Below, piece by piece: positions 57,957 to 64,000 of a stretch of DNA of 64,000 nt; within the stretch, counting starts at the first letter, position 1; every line of letters starts with the position of its first letter. The position numbers and the translations under genes are program-made. The notes under the pieces were generated by a model. That model did no database searches, had not been told where the DNA came from, and saw only the letters and a list, made by a program, of their open reading frames with translations. The DNA is from an uncultured virus (IMG/VR IMGVR_UViG_3300020169_000014) (lineage: Duplodnaviria; Heunggongvirae; Uroviricota; Caudoviricetes): positions 1 to 64,000 of IMG/VR virus record IMGVR_UViG_3300020169_000014, one strand, 5' to 3'.

Positions 57957-59307
57957 TGTTCGGCCCCTTCTCTAGTTTGAATACCGTCATTGCAACATCA
58001 TGTCGAGTATCTCTAAAGGTATGTCTTGTATTGTAAATAAGAAAGTCACCACTCTTCAATTGATCGAGTTGATCAGGACTCTCTGGATTATTGTCATCGT
58101 TCAAAACATTGATACGAATCTTATCACCTACCGAACCACCCGATGCAATGAATCCTGGCCCAGGCACCGTAACATCCATCATATTTTTGAATATAACGTT
58201 TCGGAATGCGAGGTTCTCAATCTTCTTGAGAAACATACTAGGACTCACTTCGTCATGGATACTTTTCTTATCGTTATAAACACCCCGAGATACTACACTA
58301 TGGAATATCTTTGCATTGGTATTATGTAGGTGATCTCCTTCGATGTTCACATCTGCAATATCAGGTGTTTTGTATGATGCGTCATAGACATTCTGTTTCG
58401 CATAATTTATAAGTCCTTTCTCACTAGATTTCAATAATAGAGATTCTAGACTAAAGTGTTGCGCAGTTGTTCGACCATTGCTAATATCTGTCACGGTATA
58501 CAATGAACCTATACCACCCGACATAAGTTGATTGAGTGTGTTTTGTAACTTACTGGTTTTCATCGTCTGTACTTGGAAGTATTGCATAGTAGTATCACCA
58601 CCTTCTTCTTGTGCCTGTGTGTTAGCAGGAGAGAAGATGAAAGGAATCTTTTTATTCCATGCGGGTTGTTGCAACATAACATCCAGACTTGCAAGTCTTA
58701 GGTTTTGATCGTGGATAGACGCATATAAAAAGAATGGCATACCCAAATCTGTAGTTGCTTTATTAGTCAACCAAGTTGCAGCCTCAAGGGGGTGCATGTA
58801 TGGGATGATGCCTTTAAAGTTACTCTGGACAGTTTCTCCCGAATAAGAAAGATCGACACTCTTACCACATTCGTTCTGACACAGTTTTACTATTTCAGTA
58901 CCCAAGTTATCTCGTATTGCACGTGAAATGTTTTTGGTCTTACTCACGAATGCATGTTCATCCATAAAACTGAACACGTATAACGAGGAGTTGCCTGAGT
59001 TAGAAGACTTGATAATGTTGTCGATACCGGTCAATAAGAAAGAACGATCCATAACAACTTCTTCGGATTCGGTCTTACTCATTTCACTCAACATTTTGAT
59101 ATGGAGTCTGTCTGTTCCACTAAAACCCAAACTATCAAATACCCCTTGGTCATCAGATATTACGACTTGACCACTGATATATGGTTTGTCTAGATTCTCA
59201 AAGAACACCAACTCCACGATCAGAGAACGAACATCGACAATGAAATCCGATAACCTGTCCGAAGTTATCTCGGCAACTTGATATTTAAATTGGGATTGTC
59301 TTTGCAT
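57949..59307 (-). CDS. Putative baseplate hub protein (gp27-like position)
   Basis: Between gp53 and gp5; FENLDKPYISG, PFFLY, VPG, SGDFLIYNTRH. Confidence 0.6.
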   Translation of the reverse strand: MQRQSQFKYQVAEITSDRLSDFIVDVRSLIVELVFFENLDKPYISGQVVISDDQGVFDSLGFSGTDRLHIKMLSEMSKTESEEVVMDRSFLLTGIDNIIKSSNSGNSSLYVFSFMDEHAFVSKTKNISRAIRDNLGTEIVKLCQNECGKSVDLSYSGETVQSNFKGIIPYMHPLEAATWLTNKATTDLGMPFFLYASIHDQNLRLASLDVMLQQPAWNKKIPFIFSPANTQAQEEGGDTTMQYFQVQTMKTSKLQNTLNQLMSGGIGSLYTVTDISNGRTTAQHFSLESLLLKSSEKGLINYAKQNVYDASYKTPDIADVNIEGDHLHNTNAKIFHSVVSRGVYNDKKSIHDEVSPSMFLKKIENLAFRNVIFKNMMDVTVPGPGFIASGGSVGDKIRINVLNDDNNPESPDQLDQLKSGDFLIYNTRHTFRDTRHDVAMTVFKLEKGPNID

Positions 59308-60371
59308 TATTGACCCATGAGTTCAGAAAACTCATTAACAATACCCTTTATAGAATCGGGTTTGATGAGTTTGATTTGACGGAGACTTTCATTAACATTC
59401 GTTAGATAGTCTTTCATGGTAACTTCGACAGCACCCACCGGTTTGGATTGTGTGAGGGGATCGATATCAATCCAGTTACCATCAACATCTTCGTAGTGAT
59501 GCGTCCCCAAATACTGAGGTTGTTCACCATATACCAACATTGATGTCGAAGTGCCCGCAGGATTGGTATATGACAACTCTTCTCCGGTTTGAAAAGATCC
59601 ATCAGTCAAGTTCTTGGTATTAATATAATACGTCAACTTATATTCTGAAGTAGGATCGAATGCGACATTGGTGATGGTTGCTTTTCTCTCGAAAGGATCT
59701 AATGTTATTTCATACGAAGATAATTGTAAACCATCTTTCAATAACACCCATGTAAGGGGTTGAGTAAAGGTTTCTGCCCCTAATGCATCTGTCCTCTCTA
59801 GGTTTATAATACCATTAGAGTCCGGAGTCACAACCTCTTCACGTACTTCCGAAGTCAATACAACATTGATAGTATCGATAATAAACGTTCCGAGTGATAG
59901 ATCTCGTTTGATGATCTGTCCTCTGGTACCGGATACGTTACCCGTTACGATAGCACCAACTTCAAATTGATCCGGTGCGGTACCTATAATTTTAGTACGA
60001 TAGATTGGTTGGTTGTCATCATCATAGTAATCAATAACATCTTCTTGTTGCAACTGTACCGTCACCATTCGGTGTGGGTATCTTTTCTGTGCAGCACTAT
60101 GGACTTCAGATAATGTCAATGGCCAACCGCCTTCTCGGATATGATCATTCACGAGAAAGAATGTCCAGTAATAATCCGTAGTGCCATATAAACGAAAGGA
60201 TGTTTGATCTGGTCTTTCGTTGACAGGTATGGTATAATCAGAAAGAAATAGATCGCGTGACTTTATCTGATCAATCATATCAACATATTGTGTTAGATTG
60301 GTCGCGACAGAAAGAGAAGTCTCGTCACCAAACCGATAAAGTGTTGGTCTGAAGTTATAGAAATATGACAT
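59307..60371 (-). CDS. gp53: Baseplate wedge protein
   Basis: MSYFYNF, ERPDQTSFRLYG...YYWTFFLVN, WPL, HHYED, NESLRQIKLIKP. Confidence 0.85.
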   Translation of the reverse strand: MSYFYNFRPTLYRFGDETSLSVATNLTQYVDMIDQIKSRDLFLSDYTIPVNERPDQTSFRLYGTTDYYWTFFLVNDHIREGGWPLTLSEVHSAAQKRYPHRMVTVQLQQEDVIDYYDDDNQPIYRTKIIGTAPDQFEVGAIVTGNVSGTRGQIIKRDLSLGTFIIDTINVVLTSEVREEVVTPDSNGIINLERTDALGAETFTQPLTWVLLKDGLQLSSYEITLDPFERKATITNVAFDPTSEYKLTYYINTKNLTDGSFQTGEELSYTNPAGTSTSMLVYGEQPQYLGTHHYEDVDGNWIDIDPLTQSKPVGAVEVTMKDYLTNVNESLRQIKLIKPDSIKGIVNEFSELMGQ

Positions 60372-61513
60372 TAGAAACCTCCTTCAGATACGTCTTTGCG
60401 TACTAGTGCTTTCGTCTCTTGGAAACTCAAGGTCATGTCAACTTCCATGAAGTTACCATCCTCGTGCATTGCCATTTGAGATGAGTTGAACGTTGTAGAT
60501 ACATCACGGAGATAACAGGGTTTGATCTTAGCAAGGCCTGGAATCTTTCTTCCGTCATATTCGAATTCTATATTAAACTTGTTGGGGAATTTATAACCCA
60601 GTGATATTGGATTAGGTGCGCCAATATCAGCGGTGATCTCATCAGGATATAATTCAGTTCGCAACAGTCTTATAATTTCATTGATCTCTCTTGCTTCACT
60701 TGCGGATCTTGCGATCATCTTAAACGCAAATGCAAACTCACGAATGTTTGGTTGTTTGAACAAAACCCGTGAATTGGGGTTGAGTGTAACACCACCTGCG
60801 AGTTTTGAAACTGCTTGTGCCTCTGCACCAAAAGAACCAAACTTAGATGCGAGTTGTACACCTGCAAGTTTCGCAAGATCTGTATTGTCGCCCGAAGTGA
60901 GATTACTTACAAATGAACCCAAACCTTTAACCATAGATGATGCGAACCCAAGACCCGCTTCCATAGTTGCGCCAGTAGCACCAAGATCGAAGTTCTCGTA
61001 TGTTACATTGTCACGGAACGATAGTCCCATGGGGAGATATAAACTAATAGAACTAGTAGTTATGGGAATACTCTCTTTGGTAGAATTGGATTGTTTCTCA
61101 AGTCCTTCATATGATCTTATCTGTTCTATCAGTTCTTTTTCTTTCTGTAGAAGTTGTTGCTTTTCTAACTCTTCAGAACCAGTAAAGAAACTACCTTCAA
61201 TTTCTTCATTCAATTCTTTAACTCTACCTTTAAGAGCTTCAAGATCACCTTTCAACTTCTTTGTCTGTGCAGAAAATACATTGACATTACTTGTGCCGGT
61301 GGATTTGTCTTCATTCACACTGAAAATGACCCGTGCCTTGTAATCGGTATCGTCTATTGGGTACCTGAGTTGTCTAACACTCCCTTCACCGCCCACAGTT
61401 TCTCCGACTGGTACTGCCGGTGGTTGTTGTTTTGCACCACCACCAGCGGCAAGTCTAATCTGTTCCGGAGTGAGTTTGTCTCCGACCTTTACGTCATATA
61501 TATTATCAGGCAT
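60371..61513 (-). CDS. gp48: Baseplate tail tube cap
   Basis: LRYP, ISLYLP, NPNSRVLF..P..REFAFAFKM, P..F.IE, KIKPCYL, LSFQET. Confidence 0.85.
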   Translation of the reverse strand: MPDNIYDVKVGDKLTPEQIRLAAGGGAKQQPPAVPVGETVGGEGSVRQLRYPIDDTDYKARVIFSVNEDKSTGTSNVNVFSAQTKKLKGDLEALKGRVKELNEEIEGSFFTGSEELEKQQLLQKEKELIEQIRSYEGLEKQSNSTKESIPITTSSISLYLPMGLSFRDNVTYENFDLGATGATMEAGLGFASSMVKGLGSFVSNLTSGDNTDLAKLAGVQLASKFGSFGAEAQAVSKLAGGVTLNPNSRVLFKQPNIREFAFAFKMIARSASEAREINEIIRLLRTELYPDEITADIGAPNPISLGYKFPNKFNIEFEYDGRKIPGLAKIKPCYLRDVSTTFNSSQMAMHEDGNFMEVDMTLSFQETKALVRKDVSEGGF

Positions 61514-61523
61514 TTATCCGATC

Positions 61524-61565
61524 CATAAATAGGTTAAAATCTTTAAAACTTTAAAACTATTTATA
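61524..61565. promoter_or_regulatory. Face-to-face late promoters for gp4 (+) and gp48 (-)
   Basis: CATAAATA on + (61524-61531) and TATAAATA on - (61565-61558). Confidence 0.65.
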
Positions 61566-62071
61566 TGAAAACTTACAAAGGAAAATACAAAATCCGGAAT
61601 GAATCCAAGTATCTTGGTGATCCCAAGAATGTGGTGTATCGTTCGGGATGGGAAAAGGCTGTCATGATATGGTGTGACGACAATCCCAATGTGGTTGGTT
61701 GGGTAAGTGAAGAAGTTATTATACCATATATTTGCGAGACTGACAAGCGTCCCCATCGTTATTTCATGGACTTTATGGTCAAGTACAAGGATGGACGCAC
61801 TGTACTGATCGAAGTCAAACCGCATAAAGAGACAATCAAACCCAAGACCGGACAAGGAAGACCTCGAAGACAAGTACTTAGTGAAACATTGACATATATT
61901 AAAAACATAAGTAAGTGGACAGCGACCGAGAAGTATGTTGCGGATAGAGGTTGGCACTTTGAAATATGGGACGAACATAAACTAAGGGCCATGGGAATTT
62001 TACCCAAACCATTAGGAAAGAAACCAATTAAACCATTGAAGAAAATGAAACCGTATAAGAGAAAGAAGTGA
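61565..62071 (+). CDS. gp4: Head completion nuclease
   Basis: KYLGDP..VVYRSGWE, WCD.NP, SEE..IPY, HRYFMDF, IEVKP. Confidence 0.93.
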   Translation: MKTYKGKYKIRNESKYLGDPKNVVYRSGWEKAVMIWCDDNPNVVGWVSEEVIIPYICETDKRPHRYFMDFMVKYKDGRTVLIEVKPHKETIKPKTGQGRPRRQVLSETLTYIKNISKWTATEKYVADRGWHFEIWDEHKLRAMGILPKPLGKKPIKPLKKMKPYKRKK

Positions 62072-62670
62072 TTAACAAGAAAGTATATTTTATAGGAATG
62101 AACAAGATTGCAACCACGTCATTCCACGAGTTATTTAAAGCATCAGGATACCGGTCATGGCATTATTCCTGCATGGACGAATTTACTGGGGAACCGTTGG
62201 TACTCGCACAACAGATGGGACAGAATGTTGATGAAAATAAATATGTGATGAAAAGTATTGATCATGCACAGGTCTATAGTGATTTGTTTTTCCATCGTGA
62301 TTATGCGTGGGTAGATGGCGTCAAGTGGTTCGACAAACTCTACAATAATAATCCAAATGCTTATTTTATATTGCAGACTCGTGATATGGAAGACTGGTTG
62401 GACAGTAAACGTAGACACAAGGACGGTGATTATATGAGACGTTGTTGTGAATATCATGACCTAGAGCCAGATGAGATGTTAGAATGGTTCCGCAATGATC
62501 GAGAAGAACATGAAGATAATGTTCGTTCTTTTTTTACAAACAAGAAGTATGCAAATTTCCTTGAATGGAACCTCAATACCGACCACATATCGAAGTTGAT
62601 CAATTTCGTCAAACCAGACTTTATACTCAAAGAAAAAGATTGGGGGCGTCATGGCAAACTATATAAATAA
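62068..62670 (+). CDS. Sulfotransferase-family (P-loop) protein
   Basis: VYFIGMNKIATTSFH (5'-PSB-like loop), YSD, FILQTRDMEDWLDS (3'-PB-like), H...VR.FF; GTG start overlapping the gp4 stop. Confidence 0.65.
   Translation: MINKKVYFIGMNKIATTSFHELFKASGYRSWHYSCMDEFTGEPLVLAQQMGQNVDENKYVMKSIDHAQVYSDLFFHRDYAWVDGVKWFDKLYNNNPNAYFILQTRDMEDWLDSKRRHKDGDYMRRCCEYHDLEPDEMLEWFRNDREEHEDNVRSFFTNKKYANFLEWNLNTDHISKLINFVKPDFILKEKDWGRHGKLYK
62662..62669 (+). promoter_or_regulatory. T4-type late promoter upstream of gp2
   Basis: TATAAATA on the plus strand. Confidence 0.75.
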
Positions 62671-62696
62671 AGACATGGATTTTAACAGGAAGACAC

Positions 62697-63281
62697 ATGT
62701 CTGACATATTCAATAGATTAGAACGACAGGCATTCCGTGCGGGTATTACACCTCGGACGAAGGAAAGTCGTGCGTGGTTTCTGAAGAAAGCACAGAATAT
62801 GCGGGGTATCAATCGAGAGTCTTTGATGAAGGAAGAACCCATCAAGGCAAGATCTAAACAGATCATTGGTGGTATGTTCATGTTTACCTATGATCCTAAA
62901 CATAAAGACAAACTACCATACTATGATGCATTTCCATTGGTGATTGTTCTTGGGCCTGCGAAGGGTGGATTCTTAGGATTGAATCTACACTATCTACCAC
63001 CCAAGTTGAGGATGCAGTTCTTTGCGAACATCATGGATATCCAAGGTAGTAAGTTGAGTGAAGATGATAAGTTTTCTTTGACATATAGAATGTTAAAGAA
63101 ATCTTCGAATCTGAGATACTTCAAACCATGTGTTAAACATTATTTGAATTCTCAGGTCACCAGTCGTTTTGCGGAAGTACCTGCACCAGAATGGGAGATT
63201 GCAATCTTTCTGCCAACCGCACAGTTCCGCAAACGAAACAGTTATAAGGTTCATTACGATAGTAGGCAGATGATACGATGA
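62697..63281 (+). CDS. gp2: DNA end protector protein
   Basis: YDPKHKDKLPYYDAFPL, GLNLHYLPP, PCVKHYL, W..AIFLPT. Confidence 0.92.
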   Translation: MSDIFNRLERQAFRAGITPRTKESRAWFLKKAQNMRGINRESLMKEEPIKARSKQIIGGMFMFTYDPKHKDKLPYYDAFPLVIVLGPAKGGFLGLNLHYLPPKLRMQFFANIMDIQGSKLSEDDKFSLTYRMLKKSSNLRYFKPCVKHYLNSQVTSRFAEVPAPEWEIAIFLPTAQFRKRNSYKVHYDSRQMIR

Positions 63282-64000
63282 GTGCAGGATTTTCAATCGA
63301 AGACCTAAAGGGTCAAATAGGTGGTTCAGGTGGACTTGCGAAAGCAAACCAGTTCATGGTTCAACTACCCCAACTAGAGAATTTCAGAGTAGATGCGAGA
63401 GAGTTGAATTTATTCTGTACGGTCGCTGCATTACCTGGCCGACAGATCATGAGTTTAGATCATGCGATTGGTACAACCAACCGAAAGATTGCGAATGGAT
63501 ATGCAACAACAGATCTGACATTGACTTTTCTGGTTGCGAACAATCACATCATTCGTCAGTACTTCGAAGCGTGGCAGAATGAAGCACACGATCAGGTAAA
63601 TCGAACTGTAGGTTATTTCGAAGACTACACTAAAACAGTTCAGATTTCTACTATGGAAAGAGGTCTTAGATTAAGTATTGTTAAGAAACAATTAGGATTT
63701 GTAGATAAGGTACCGAGTTTCTTAAAGAATCGATTACCAAAGATAGGCCCTTTTGATCTTTCTCAAGGAGAACTTGATCTTGGTGGTTCCTTTTCTATGA
63801 AGACTACATATACATGTAACCTGTTGGAATGTTATCCAACATCATTGACTGATCAAACATTGGGTAATGGTGAAGAAGGTGTTATGGAATTGAGTGTACA
63901 ATTGTCGTATACTGATTGGGAAAGTGTGGTCGGTGACTACACTAAAGAAGGTGAAGATATTGCACGTGGTGCGGTAAGCGGAGTCTTTGCAAAATTATTT
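63278..64000 (+). CDS. gp54: Baseplate tail tube initiator (gp54/gp19-like), truncated by the window edge
   Basis: Not in the ORF track. ATG at 63278 overlaps the gp2 stop: MSAGFSIEDLKGQ..GGLAKANQF...LFC..AALPGRQ...LTFL...YFEAWQ...LLECYPTS. Confidence 0.7.
   Translation, partial: MSAGFSIEDLKGQIGGSGGLAKANQFMVQLPQLENFRVDARELNLFCTVAALPGRQIMSLDHAIGTTNRKIANGYATTDLTLTFLVANNHIIRQYFEAWQNEAHDQVNRTVGYFEDYTKTVQISTMERGLRLSIVKKQLGFVDKVPSFLKNRLPKIGPFDLSQGELDLGGSFSMKTTYTCNLLECYPTSLTDQTLGNGEEGVMELSVQLSYTDWESVVGDYTKEGEDIARGAVSGVFAKLF

Noticed and set aside
13350..61343. Long plus-strand ORFs (e.g. 13350-13994, 20972-21826, 40337-40852, 55901-56776, 60633-61343)
   Set aside because: Antisense shadows of well-supported minus-strand genes; no recognisable motifs or expression signals.
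61514..63347. Minus-strand ORFs opposite gp4, the sulfotransferase-like gene and gp2
   Set aside because: Shadows of clear plus-strand genes.
1..64000. Alternative genetic code or stop-codon reassignment
   Set aside because: Core genes translate full length with the standard code and end at TAA, TAG and TGA.

Overview
The window is a continuous segment of a T4-like myovirus genome. Gene order resembles marine T4-like phages; no host-diagnostic genes are visible. Read on the minus strand from right to left it carries the baseplate and tail module (gp48, gp53, hub, a three-part gp5 locus, gp25, gp6, gp7-like, gp9/10-like, gp8, a 1960-aa VrlC/DUF4815-like protein), an accessory fibre cluster, the neck/terminase/tail/head module (gp13-gp23), gp3, uvsY, uvsW, gp55, gp47 and a partial gp46. 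gp4, gp2 and a partial gp54 lie on the plus strand at the right end. The main discovery is a pair of paralogous giant Arg/Tyr/Gly/Ser/Thr-rich proteins (29537-34897 and 34946-38032) whose tetrapeptide units are self-complementary at the amino-acid level. Read inward from both ends, RxSx and SxRx units face (F/Y)xGx units and YxRx faces YxRx, in unbroken register. The larger protein has two arms of 638 aa each, a 6-residue turn and a 221-aa globular domain looped out like a bulge, so it looks like a protein analogue of an RNA stem-loop. These genes are followed by a glycosyltransferase-like gene and a 2OG-Fe(II)-oxygenase-like gene, and outer virion proteins are enriched in Asp-Ser motifs, suggesting a virion-decoration system. 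All family assignments come from motif recognition and synteny by eye; no database search was run.
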